A stretch of 64,000 nt of DNA, from contig NC_133619.1 in the NCBI RefSeq assembly GCF_048593235.1, forward strand, positions 273,496,454-273,560,453. Direction: 5' to 3'. The notes under the pieces were generated by a model. The model had not been told where the DNA came from. It worked only from the letters and a program-made list of their open reading frames with translations, and searched no databases. How positions within the stretch are numbered: position 1 is the stretch's first letter; every line of letters starts with the position of its first letter. Positions 37,681-50,010 of this stretch are shown here, in pieces. This DNA comes from Sminthopsis crassicaudata (taxonomy: Eukaryota). The translations under genes and the position numbers were made by a program.

Positions 37681-38326
37681 TTATTTTAACAACTATATTC
37701 ATTCCCCATAAAATCTTTCTACCCACCTGCTAAAGTTTAAAATTCTTTTCTTTTCATCCCATAATTTTGGGAAAGGAATGTTCAAGACATATCATCACAC
37801 ATGATCTAGGTGATACAGAGTGTCAGAATCTTAGTTCCAGACCTCTAGGACCCTGAGCAAGTATTTTTCCTTCATTGATACTTAGTTCATTTCATGACAA
37901 AAATGGGGTAAATAGACTACATAGACTATGGGGTCTAAATTTTAAAATTGTAAAAATTCAATATCTGATGAAGAGAATACTTTTAGGGGTTGTTTGTGAT
38001 CATAATTGAATTCAATTCAATTTAATAAACACTTATTATGGTCCTATTCATTGAAAAGTAGTAAGAAAAATTTTTTTAAAATAACCTGCCTTACAGTGGA
38101 TTACACTCTTACTCTCCATTCTATGACCTTGAAAGTGTAAGTAAACATCAATTAAGGAGGGTACCTGAAATGGGATTTGAGAGTACAAAGAGGAAGAAGA
38201 AGAAGAAAAGAAAGGGGAAAAATAAAGAAAGAAAAGAATGCAAACATAGGAAAACAATTTTGAAAGCTTCATCATTTTTTAATGTTGACTGCACAAGGAC
38301 AAACAGAAGCTGTGCAGAGATATTTT

Positions 38327-38673
38327 TGCTGGAACTCTGTCTTCCCAGAAATCAGCTGGAGTCAAGATCACTAAATGTCTTTATTCTTGATCTTATACAG
38401 TCAAGGTCAGGGGGTTAGGCCTAGCTGCCTCACACACACCTTCCTCCCTCAAACGCCAGGAGAGACTGAGTCCGCTTCTACGTCTCACTTCCTCTTCCTT
38501 CTCCTACTCCTCCCACACACGTCACTCTCCCCTCTTTGTCCCACCAATCAAGTCAGCACAGAACAGCTGGGGAGGGTCAACCTTCAAACAAGTTAATAGG
38601 GAACTGTCCAATTGGCAATTAGTCTCACTGCGCTTCATTATCCAAGTGCATTGCTCAGTTCTAGCCCTTTACA
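38327..38673 (-). mobile_element. Solo ERV LTR, 347 bp, with a 6-bp TSD (ERV2/class II-like)
   Basis: TG...CA termini flanked by tatttt at 38321-38326 and 38674-38679. On the minus strand it begins TGTAAAGGGCTAGAACTGAGC, has a CCAAT-like element and AATAAA (plus-strand tttatt near 38380), and retains several CpGs. Confidence 0.88.
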
Positions 38674-38804
38674 TATTTTTGTCCAGCAGCTGCAAATGCT
38701 TGTTTATATTCTCAGTGTTCCCCATACAGAGTGACTAGCACAATACCTTATACCTACCAGCCAATAAGCATTTGTTTTGAATGAGTTTCTGTTTTTTATT
38801 GTGT

Positions 38805-39030
38805 TGTTGTTGTTGTTTAGTCATTTCAATCAGGTCCAAATGTTCATGTCCCCATTTGGGGTTTTCTTGGCAGAGACACTGGAGTGGCTTTTCAATTTCC
38901 TTCTTCAATCCAATTTACAAATGAGGAAACTGAGGCAAACAAGGTTAAGTGACTTGTCCAGGGTGCCACAGCTAGTAAGTATGTGAGGCCAGATTTAAAT
39001 TCCAAAAAAATGACTCCTGGCTAACACTCC
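38805..39030 (-). mobile_element. MAR1-type SINE
   Basis: gttgttgttgtttagtcatttc...ccccatttggggttttcttggcagagacactggagtgg...gaggaaactgaggcaaacaaggttaagtgacttgtccaggg. Confidence 0.9.
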
Positions 39031-40504
39031 ATCCATCATATATTGGGTATATCACTTAATTTTTTTTTTTAGTAGTCTATACAACTCTTTAAGACTACAA
39101 GTTGCAGAGCAACCAGTTTCCTTACCTGTAAACTAAACCAGTGAAATTGCAGGTCAAGAATAAATTCATCTAAAGAAGTTTCATTCCCAAAACATTTACT
39201 AATGAAAATATCACTGTATTTCCCACACATTCCATTTTATGAGCTAAAATAACTATGAACAGTCCTTTCTCAAAACCAGATTAAGGGAAACTGCTAAGTA
39301 ATGGTTTGATTTCCTGTGTTGGAGACAGACCCATAATATAGTAGAATTTTAAGAAAGTTTGGGTCGTGGAATTTTTTTTTAAAATCAATATTTGGGGAAA
39401 AAATAGTGACCACCAGTGGCCAAAACAGCTGATTAGAAAAGGAAAAATGAAGTCACTCCAAAGATCATTTTCCGTATATGTTGCCAACCTATTTTAACCA
39501 ATGATATTCACAGAACTAAATGAGCCAAGCACTTGTTTTTCCAGACCCCAAAACAGTACAATAATAAGACATGAGTAAGATAATTATGAGTCCTTGGAAA
39601 TTTTCAAAATTCTTCCAATCTAAAACAAAACTCAATTTGAAAAAAAAAAATTGTTTTTCTTTTCAAACAGCATATTCTTGGCACATATAAACCACTTTTT
39701 AAAGAACTACTTCCTCCAAAACCAAAAAGGCTAAGGCATATTTAGCTTTATTATAGAAGAAAACATTATAGGGGGAACATCTCAATTTTTTTTCTTAATA
39801 GGTTTCATTTTTTGGCCACTAATTAATGTTCTATTGAAAATACATTTTTTTAAAATGTTTTCTATTTGAAGATACCCCAGAGTTTGTAATAAAGGACGTT
39901 TTCAGCAGTGTTTGGGAGGGAGCATGAAATGAAGTGTGGAAACAAGTAGAAAGTGGAAAGAGAATGGAAAATTAACTTTCTATAAACTACTTCTTTCCTG
40001 GATTTAAATGTTTAAGAATTCCTCAGCCAGAAAAAGTATTATTTTCATTCCACTGAATATGTTTTTTATTCAACTGTTCTCTTCATTAGTGGCCAAATGT
40101 GTTGAGACTATTTTTTTTTTTTATTTTCTTTTCTATTGGTCTATAATTTCTAAGTCATTCTACGGCTTCAATTCTGTTTTTCCAACAGGAAATTTCATAA
40201 TGAAATTTGTTCTGTGATTATATAAGTGATTACATATAGGCCCCAAACTGACCTTTTAGATCATTAAAAATATCTTTGTTTTTGCTTTAGATAGAGGATA
40301 CAGCCCAAAATCTTAAAAGCCAGATTAAATTTTCAGTGTTCAAGATTAGAAAATAAAAAGGCAGCTTCTTCCAATGAGATTGTGTTTCCCAACTTTAGGC
40401 CAAACCTCAAATTAAAATCATCAGTGATCTACAGCAGAAGAGTTTTGAAGGAAGAAACATTTAAAGAAGGTAGAGAGCATATTTAGTTAAGATAATTCCC
40501 AGGA

Positions 40505-40725
40505 TTATTTTTGTTGTTATTTAGTCATGTCCAACTTTCATGATGCCATTTGGGCTTTTCTTGGCAGTTAGAATTGTTTTGCCATTTCCTTCTCTAGCTG
40601 ATTTCACAAATGAGGAAACTGAGGCAAATAAGGCTAAATAACTTGCCTAGGATCACATAAGTGTCTGAGATCAGATATGAACTCAAAAAAGATGACTTCT
40701 GTTCAGTCATTCTGGGTACAATACT
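40505..40725 (-). mobile_element. MAR1-type SINE
   Basis: ttgttgttatttagtcatgtccaac...ccatttgggcttttcttggca...aaatgaggaaactgaggcaaataagg. Confidence 0.85.
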
Positions 40726-40974
40726 ACCTAGCTTCCCTCTCTGGGTTATTTACAGGCCAAAAAGATGTCAACATAACCCTTCACAGTTCAGAGTTGTTCA
40801 AGAGCCAGGTCTAACTGACTCACAAGGACTGGTTGTTAAAATCACAGTGTTGGAAATCATAAATGGTAAACATCAAGGCTTGACTTATAATTTTGTTGCT
40901 TGACTAGACTTAGTTTCTTTCCTGAAATCTTATTCCTCTATTCAGTTTAATTGCCAGCTTAAACAACATTTCTT

Positions 40975-41600
40975 TTTAACTACTTTATTTTTTCCCTGTT
41001 ATATGTAAAAATAATTTTTAACATTTTTAAAAAACTTTCAGTTTCAGATTTTCTCTGTTATTTCCTGTCCCTCCCCTCAATAAGAAGGCAAGCAATTCAA
41101 TATATATTACATATGTGCAGTCATGTAAAATATTTCATAATAGTCATATTGTGAAGAGAAAAAAATAGACCAAAAAAAACCCCTCAAGTAAAATTTAAAA
41201 AGTATGCTTCAATCCATATTCAGATACTATCAGTTTTGGGGTTTTTGTTGTTTTGTTGGGTTTTTTTGTTTTGTTTTGTTTTTTGTTGAGTGGAGATAGC
41301 ATTTTTTCATAAGTCCTTCAGAATTGTCTTGAGTCATTGTATTGCTGAAAATAGCGAAGTTATTCGTGGTTGATCATCTTATAATATTTCTGTTACTTTG
41401 TATATATTTCACTTTGCATCAGCTCACCAGTCTTTCCAGGTTTTTCTCAGAGAATACTGCTCATTTCTTGTAGCACAATTGTGTGCCATCATAATCACAG
41501 AGCACAATTTGCTCAGCCATTCTTCAATTAATGGTCATTTCCTTAATTTCCAGTGTTTTGCCCCCAGGAAAAGAGCTACTGTAAATATTTCAGTACATAT
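40975..41600 (-). mobile_element. L1 3' end fragment
   Basis: tatgtaaaaataatttttaacatt...aagaaggcaagcaattcaatat...gcttcaatccatattcagatactatcagtt...cataagtccttcagaattgtctt. Confidence 0.88.
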
Positions 41601-43367
41601 AGACTTTTTTTTTTTTAAACATCATGATACATAGGTCCTTTTTTTAAACATCATCTTTATCACTGATTTTTCCCTGATCCAATGATCCTTCATCCCTTGA
41701 ATGCCACAAAGATTTAAATTGTTTTTCTCTTTTGTATTTTTCATAGATCATTCTGCATCAGTTATGAATATGGTATGTTGCATTATAAAATCTAGAGAAG
41801 TACCATTATTTCCTCATCCTCACACAGCACCCTTCAAACCAAGCCCTAATGTTCCTAAAACACATGAAGGATGTTTGATTGCTTATCCAATTTGGATGAA
41901 ATGGGAGTCACCAATTTCTTTGCATCTTAGTGAGATAGAAAATCACCACACTATCATTCATCCATTTTTACTCTTTCCAGTTCCTACCATTGTCAACTGA
42001 CCCACTAATGCAACCTAAGATTAGATGTAGCTTTCAATCTACCCAGTTAAGGACTTAACCTGCTTTCTGGTCACACTACAACTAAACTTTCTTTTATGTA
42101 CTGCCTCCCCAACTTATAATATTAGTCCCTTGAGAAGGTAACTATCCCATTTTTTTCTATTTGTATCTTTAGAGTTTAAAATAGTGCTTGACATGTAATA
42201 AGCACAAATAAATGCTTTATTAAATTTAGTCTGTATTTAATATTTATATCTCCCTATGCATAGCACTCTCCACATGGTAGGTGCTTAGTAAATGTTTATT
42301 GTAAGAAAGCCAATAAAATTGGTAGTACAAGAAGTTTCATTTGCTCCACCTCACTTAAATCCAATTCACACACAAGTCAAGACATCACACTGGTGATATC
42401 ATTGGTTCTCCTTGAGAACCAAGGATGAAAATAAAAACAATATTACTCTTATCTGGGGGAATCCTCACTAGGAGAGAGACTAGTTTTGTAACAACATTTA
42501 GAATCCTCCGCCTTTCATGCATCATTTTTTACAACACTTCAGATACTTTGTAAAAATAAATCATTACCATAAAAACTGGGATAAGTAGGTGTCTATCTTT
42601 TGAAGATTACTGCACAAGTTATGAGATGGGAATACAATAGAATATGATTGCTCCCTAAGAAATGAAGAATATGAAGAATTCAGGACTCTACAACAGAAGT
42701 AAATGAACCAGAATTATTAGCATAATAATTACAATATTGCAAATTAAGACAAGACTGAAAAGCAATCAGATTCTGAGTAATTGAACTGACCTATCTTGCT
42801 CCAGGAGAACCACAGTAAGATGCACTCCCCTCTTCTCTGTAGTGATTATCCATGAAGAATATTGCATATGCTATGACACATGCTATGAGATGCTATTGTT
42901 GTTATGTCAAGTAACTTTATTTAACTGTTGTTACAAGGGGTTTATAGTACTGTGAAAAGGAGTATATATCAGGAAATATGATCATGGAAGTTAAAATATA
43001 AACTTCTGGTTAAATTTTTTAAGGCACTTCACAACACGGCCCCAATGTATTTTTTGAGACTCGTATATTTTTCTCCCTCTTTTAGTCTATGACTGGTCAA
43101 AATGCCCTTCTCTCTGTACCTTTCTTGAAACACTCCATTTCCTGTCTCTATTCTTTTCACAATGGCAATCTCATATGCCTGGAATTCTTTCTTCCTTAAA
43201 AATTCATATCCTGCACTGTGTTTTACATAAAGTCTTTTCTGATCCCCATGACTGTTAAAGCCCTCCTTCCCAAACTACCTTATATATTTAATGACTTTGT
43301 ACATATTTGTATTTTTTCTGTTTGTACTTTATTTCTCCCCCATTAGAAGGTAAACTCTTTAAGAGTT

Positions 43368-43525
43368 GTTGTTTGTCCTTCATTTTCAAAGAGAAGAACC
43401 AAGATATCAGGGAGGTGATGCCATGATTTGCAAGTGAATCAGATTTAAGTGAGGGAGAGCTGTGCAAAGTCCCCTCCAGATCCATCTGGGTCCAGTGGCC
43501 AAATATAGATCAGATGACTGCAGAT
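43368..43525 (-). mobile_element. RTE-tailed SINE fragment
   Basis: gttgttgtttgtccttcattttcaaagagaag...gatttaagtgagggagagctgtgcaaagtc...gggtccagtggcc. Confidence 0.8.
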
Positions 43526-43949
43526 GGCCCTGGATACAATGGAAAACAAGCTTAAAAAAACTAAATAATGGCTTTTAGGAGTCTCCTGTGAGTGAAGTAC
43601 ATGGATTGGGGAACATGGGTTTAAATCTTGATTCTAAGGATTACTAGTTGTGTGATTCTGGTAAGCCAATTTACCACATCTTAGTTTCAGTTTCCTTATT
43701 TGCAGAATAGGAGTTATACTATTTATACAAGTTACTTCACAGGACTGTTGTGAGAAAGTATAAATCATAAACATTGCATAAATGTGAATTATTACTATTT
43801 TATTATTATTAATGAAGTTGCTATGGATCTGGGGCATAACTGTAGTTTGTTGAAGAGATCCCAGAAGATATAGGCTATGACTGATTTATTGATTTTGTCA
43901 GTATGCATCCTGCAATTAATTTTTTATAACAACAGATGAGGAATGAAAA

Positions 43950-44430
43950 GACTTACTTAACCTAAGGAGACTTCTATTGTATATTTAGAGTTGAAGTATT
44001 AATAAAGGGATTATATTCAGTTCATGTAGTCACAATGAAAGATAGAATATGAGGAGTGTATAAAGAAGTTGAAATCCACCATTGTGGTAGGTCAGGGAGA
44101 AATTCCAACAGAAATCAGAAACAATTTGATGGAAATGACATTTTAGAAGGGCTGTGAAATATAGGTAAATATCAACAGATGAGGATGATGGAAAGGAGGA
44201 GGCATTTCTGATAGAAGGAATAACATAAAGAAAGGCACAAAAGAGGAAACAAGTTTGAAATTTTGTCATCTAACTGGGTTAGCATATAAGGCATATGGAG
44301 AGAGCAGCAAATGAGGTTGAAAAAGAGCCCAATTTTGGAGATACTTGAAACTAGGCTAAGGAATTTAGGTGTGATTGAGGAAACAATGAAGAGCTCATGA
44401 AAATCGTTGAGCATGATTAGAGCTATGTTA
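43950..44430 (-). mobile_element. L2 LINE fragment
   Basis: ggaggaggcatttctgatagaagg...aaaggcacaaaagag...ttgaaactaggctaaggaattt...gagcatga.tagagct resembles reverse L2. Confidence 0.6.
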
Positions 44431-44882
44431 ATTAAAATTCACTTCTTTAGAAAATGGTGAAGTTTCAAGCTTACAGTAGACCATGTGGAAGAGATTTTTT
44501 TTTTCATCCAGAAGGCATTCTAGCACACTTCAAATTATACCACATACAGATTGCCTGTGCCATCAATGGCATAACCCTGTTTCACTACACTACAGTTAAG
44601 CAGTATGGTCTAAAAGAAAAAATACAGATTTAGAATCAAAGAATATGGTTTTGAATCTTGGTCTGTCATTTACTATTTATGTGAACCTGGATAAGTAAAA
44701 GGACAAATTTAGAGCTGGAAGGGACTTTATAAGGCATTTAATTCATTTCTTTCATTTTACAGATAAGATTGAGATTCAGCTAATTCAAGAGACTTGCCCA
44801 GAGTCACTACTTGGTCAGAGGAGAGATTTGAACATTGGAAATTCAGAATCAAGTAGTTCAAAGGAACTTGCCCAGGTCCCAT

Positions 44883-45514
44883 TGTTGAGGGCGGTAGCCC
44901 CTTGATATTCCTTGTTTGATCTACAACTTCCTTTGGGACTTGGACCTTTGATACAAGATCTGGTCAAACTAGTTTGGGCTTGTACCCAACCCCCCACTGG
45001 ATCTGAGCTGGCTTAGATAAAGCCCGCCAAAAATCTGGCCTTCAAGGAATTAACCTGAGCTCCGCCCATTACTTCTTCAAGCAGATTAAAAAGAGCAAAG
45101 CTAGAATCATCTTGGGTTCAGAGATTTGAAAGATGCCAGCCAAGATGCTTGCATCAGAGATTCTCTGTCCCCATTGCTTTCGGAGTATATCTTCCTCTAT
45201 CTAATGCCTTTCACTAACCAGACCTTAACCTTGCTTCCAAACCCTGCAATAAACATCTTTTTACCCATCTAGGTTTTCGGCCTGTAAATTCATTTACAGG
45301 GGACTCTCGCCGCCTGTAGACCTGACTTAACTTTGTATCCTTGCGCCGAATCCTAAGGGGGTTGCAGGGGAGCTCCATGTGACTCCCTGTACCCTGAATC
45401 CTGCCACTAGACCGCACTGAATCCTATTGAGGTATATACACTCATTATTAGGTATTTACCTCATGATTTGGTTCAAGTTACCTCATCATTTTAAGGTTCC
45501 CTATTACCTCATCA
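44883..45514 (+). mobile_element. Solo ERV LTR, 632 bp, with a 4-bp TSD (ERV1/class I-like), inserted into a MIR
   Basis: Termini TGTTGAGG...CCTCATCA form an inverted repeat at 7/8 positions. TSD ccat at 44879-44882 and 45515-45518; AATAAA at about 45248. Removing the LTR restores the MIR segment aacttgcccaggtcccatgactaagaatcaggagagatttgaaccc. Confidence 0.93.
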
Positions 45515-46608
45515 CCATGACTAAGAATCAGGAGAGATTTGAACCCTGACTTTCCTAACTCTACTTCAGCATTTTATACACAATACTATGCTACCTGCTT
45601 AATCAATGATCCTAGACTGATCTACCCTTTAGGACTCAAGAGGAACTTAGATCAATGCATACAAATGCCTCATTTATCCAAATGTAATTATCAGGGAATG
45701 AGATGCTCCAAACACATTTTTCCAAATAAATGAATTTCCCTTATCCCCATCCCCTTTTCACTGCCTAAACCTTTGCAAAACATGAACTGTTTCAGCTCTC
45801 AAGTGGGAGAAATGTAATAGAGAACTACGTGATCGATTGGGTTGCAGCTGTGTTTCTCTCATAGGCATAACTTCTGCTGATTCTGCAAAATGTTTAAACT
45901 AAGTGGAAGGGGCTGCTTGTAAGACATGAAAGATGGAAACCACAAGCTGGGAGATACAGAGAAGAAGTAGTATGTATACTAACCATATTAGACTTTGGGG
46001 GGCAGTTTAGCTTGAGAGAAGCACAGAATCTCAAAACTGAAACAAACCTAGGATATCATCTGAATGTAGCCCCTAGTTTAATAATCCGATAGCATTTCCA
46101 GGGAAACTTTGGAAGCTGAAGTATCTATGGTAACTGAGCAGACTTTTATGCAGACTTCACAGGATCTCTAGTGTTTGAACTTGATATTGAGGACACTGGA
46201 ATAAAGGATATGTAAGAAATCATCTTGACCAAGCATAGGGGGATGGACTAGAATCAGAGTAGTGTACAAGACTCTCCTAAATGCTATGCCCCCAAATCAC
46301 CCACATCCCCAAAATGCTAAACAGATTACGGTTATGGACCACAGACATAACAACTAAGAGGATACCTCAGAGGCTGCTGGAAGCTCATGGACAAGTCAAT
46401 TGAGATTGACCTGCTGGGGCAACTGTATTCTTTGCTTCTTACCTCTACTTACTCAAAGGCACTCAGCTCAAAGCCCCTAGCAACAGCCAGATGAACCGTT
46501 TTGATAAGAGGAGAGGAAGAGAGGGAGGGAGGGAGAGAGAAAGATTATTAGCACCCCCAAAAACCCTTCAAAGAGTTGAAAAGGAAATGAAATCACAGAA
46601 ATAAAAGC

Positions 46609-46649
<41 letters not shown>
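46609..46649. repeat. Poly(A) tract, about 41 nt
   Basis: Uninterrupted A run following gaaataaaagcc. Confidence 0.97.
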
Positions 46650-46651
<2 letters not shown>

Positions 46652-46866
46652 TGGGGCCTAGGGAATTTGGCATTCAAACCAGGAGGGCTTTCTGCTGTTT
46701 TAGCTTCAGGCAGTGGGGCTGCAGCTGTTGAGCATCGAGGCTACTTGGCTAAGACATTGCCAAGCCATTTTTAGCCTTTGGCAATGAAAGGATTTCTAAT
46801 AACAATCCCAGTTCCCCATAAGACTAAAAACTGAGGGGATATATGTGCCTAAATAAAAACACATAC

Positions 46867-46868
<2 letters not shown>

Positions 46869-46908
<40 letters not shown>
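46869..46908. repeat. (GT)n microsatellite, about 19 units
   Basis: gtgtgtgtgt... run. Confidence 0.97.
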
Positions 46909-46912
<4 letters not shown>

Positions 46913-47566
46913 ACTACAAGTATATGTATGATTGGTGTGTTACTATTCCCAGGTCATTCTCATACATGGGTCCCCTCACAAATTGTAGCTCCATTTAAAT
47001 TAATCAGAATTGTCTGTTCAATATGAGTAGAAAATTATCCTACAACTTCTTAGAAAAGCAGTGTAGTACGGTGGCTAGAGCACTGGATCTGTGGTCTGGA
47101 AAATCTAGATTCAAATCCTGTGGATTTGGCTGGCCACCATTTTGTATATAAATTAGATGAAAAAATCTAAGGATACAAAAGGGTAACAGGGAGGGTAGTG
47201 TAGATACCAACTCTTTTTTGGTTAACTGCCCACAAAGCCCTTTTTCTCTCTCCCTCTTCTCCATCCCTCACTGAACAGGGAGGAAACAAAGTAATATCAC
47301 AATTCATATGGCTGTTGATAGGGGATTTGAGCTATGCTTTTTTAAGTTCCAGTGAAAGAATCCAACTGCTCCAAGTTCAATCTCAATTGTTGTGGTTTCT
47401 CAGGTAAGTCAGGTGGAATATATACATACATACACAGACATACATTTATGTAACCACACATAATTTTAGAGATAAGTCAGATGGAAAGATACAGGGATAC
47501 TTAAGGTACTACAGTGCTCTCTTTTGCACTTGCTTATGTGATCTCTCCTCTCTTTCCCATCCCTCC

Positions 47567-47873
47567 NNNNNNNNNNNNNNNNNNNNNNNNNNNNNNNNNN
47601 NNNNNNNNNNNNNNNNNNNNNNNNNNNNNNNNNNNNNNNNNNNNNNNNNNNNNNNNNNNNNNNNNNNNNNNNNNNNNNNNNNNNNNNNNNNNNNNNNNNN
47701 NNNNNNNNNNNNNNNNNNNNNNNNNNNNNNNNNNNNNNNNNNNNNNNNNNNNNNNNNNNNNNNNNNNNNNNNNNNNNNNNNNNNNNNNNNNNNNNNNNNN
47801 NNNNNNNNNNNNNNNNNNNNNNNNNNNNNNNNNNNNNNNNNNNNNNNNNNNNNNNNNNNNNNNNNNNNNNNNN
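47567..47873. other. Assembly gap
   Basis: N run. Confidence 1.
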
Positions 47874-49739
47874 TTTTTCTCCTACTGATATTGTGAACCA
47901 GAAAATAGAATATGTTAGCCTCGGTGGATTTTCGTAGCCACCATTTTTTATGTCAGCAAGGCAAATTGTAATACATCTTCTTTGGTGTTATTTCTATTAA
48001 TAAGATCATATCAGTCTCTGATATTCAGCCATATGATGGTGCCAAGGACTTTGACATTTAGAACTTGCCTTTCTGCAACTTCCACTCTGAAGCTAACAAG
48101 GTCAAATAGAATTCTTTTCCCATGTAAAAGCCTTTCAGACACTTGAAGAGAATTATCACATCATCTCTCTGAGCTTCCTTTTCTCTAGGTCAAATATACA
48201 TACCATGAGGCTACTGAATATCTCCCTTGAAGTAAGTCACAGTTGAACTGGATTTAAAAATATATATATTCTTAGATCATCAACAAATATTACATTTAAC
48301 AGCAGTCTTTGCAACTTTTTTCAACCATTTTGACCCCTTCACTGAAGATGCAGCAAGATACATGAGCTCGTGATCCTCTGAGGCAATCAAGTTAGAAAAA
48401 GAGGTTTGTTTGAACATTCCATAACCTTTCCAGTACATTATTGCAGGTCTGGAGAGGATTATTCTAGAAAAGAAAAGAAAAAGAAAAACTGAAAGTTTCT
48501 GAATCATATTGAAATAAACAAATGATCAAGCTCACTGAAATTCTCTTCATTGTTTTGTGCAATAGCATAATAGATTTAAGGATTGAAGGGCTGATAAATT
48601 CAATCCCTTCATTTTGGAAGAGAAGAAAACCAGAGTGACTTTCCTTAGGGATCCACAGCTAATAAGTATCTGAAACTGGAATTCTAAGGTAGATCTTCAT
48701 TATTTCAGTGTTTTATTCACTATGCCAGGCTATCTTTCATTTCAGATGCTTGCATTGTGGCACTCTGCAGACATGCTACTATTAAATTAGCCAGGTTCTT
48801 TGGTTTACACTTTTCCCCCTATTGTCCTACCTTCTCTACCTTCTGCAATTATTTTAGCAATTAAAGTAATTAATTTTCTTAGTAATGAATTCTGATACTC
48901 CCTGACTCAGGAGGGATGCAACAAAGAGAATGATGATTGATCCAAAAGACCTTTTTATCTGTTTATCTGTTTCAAAGGTCACCAGAAATGAAAAATCATC
49001 ATTTGATAATACACTTTTTCTTATTAGCTAGACATGTTCTTATACAGGTGATGCTGCCACATCCATAGTCTTAATTCTTAGCTTGGTATTACCTAGCAAC
49101 CTGTAGTACATTGGCCACAATGATTAAGTCTTCAAAAACCACCATCAAATAGCCATTCCTTAACATAAAAGTGATCAAAATAAATGAATACAAAATTATT
49201 CAGAATAAAAGTCAAATACAAAAAAAAGAAAGACTATTCCAAATTACTAATATATAGAAAAATCCAAATCAAAACAGCTCTGAGGTTTCATCTTACACTA
49301 TAAAACTGGTGAAATTATTTTGCAAAAGGCAAAACATTAATGTTGGACAAGATATGAGAAGATAAGCATGCTAATACATTATTGACAAAACTATAAACTG
49401 TTCCAATCATTGTGGATATCAATTTGGAATTACTCAAAAAAAGTCACTACATTGTTCATACCTTCTGACCAAATGGTCTCACTACTAGACATACAGTCAA
49501 TGATGGAAATAAAGGATTTATAAACAAATCCAAAGCAGAAGCACTCTTGATGCTAACAAAAAAAAAAAAAAAAGAAAAACAAAGAAAAAATGAAAATAAA
49601 ATGGATAATAATTGATTTGGATGTTGTCTCCAATGACAAAAATCACAACATGTCCATTTCTGTGTGATTCTTGTCCTTGTCTAATTATAACTTCCTGACT
49701 GAGAATACATTCAACAGCCAGGGATCTTCTGTGTTTTCT

Positions 49740-50010
49740 CTTTTTTATTTTATTTTTAATTTATAGATTAATATAAGCATTTGTAACATAATATGATAAA
49801 AAGAATAATTGCACATGAAACTGCAAGGCTATTATGTACAACTTGCTATTCCTTTCAAATATATAATACTTTTCATGCAATGTTTTTCTTTTTATTCTTC
49901 CCTCTCATCCTACGGCTATTAGACACAAATAAGTGTGTATATGTGTGTGTGTATTATGTTATATATACTTCTGTTTATCAGTTCTTTCTCTGATATAGGT
50001 AGCATCTTTC
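49740..50010 (-). mobile_element. L1-type 3' terminal fragment
   Basis: tttttattttatttttaattt...aaaagaataattgcacatgaaactgcaa...tatacttctgtttatcagttctttctct. Confidence 0.7.

Noticed and set aside
46590-46660. AATAAA followed by A41 as the tail of a retrocopy
   Set aside because: The A run starts only about 4 nt after AATAAA, no upstream TSD matching the 3' flank (ggtggggcc) was found, and the upstream sequence matches no mRNA I recognise.
48300-48450. Plus-strand peptide VFATFFNHFDPFTEDAARYMSS resembling an RGSL1-type N-terminus
   Set aside because: The resemblance covers only a few residues and the frame has two in-frame stops.
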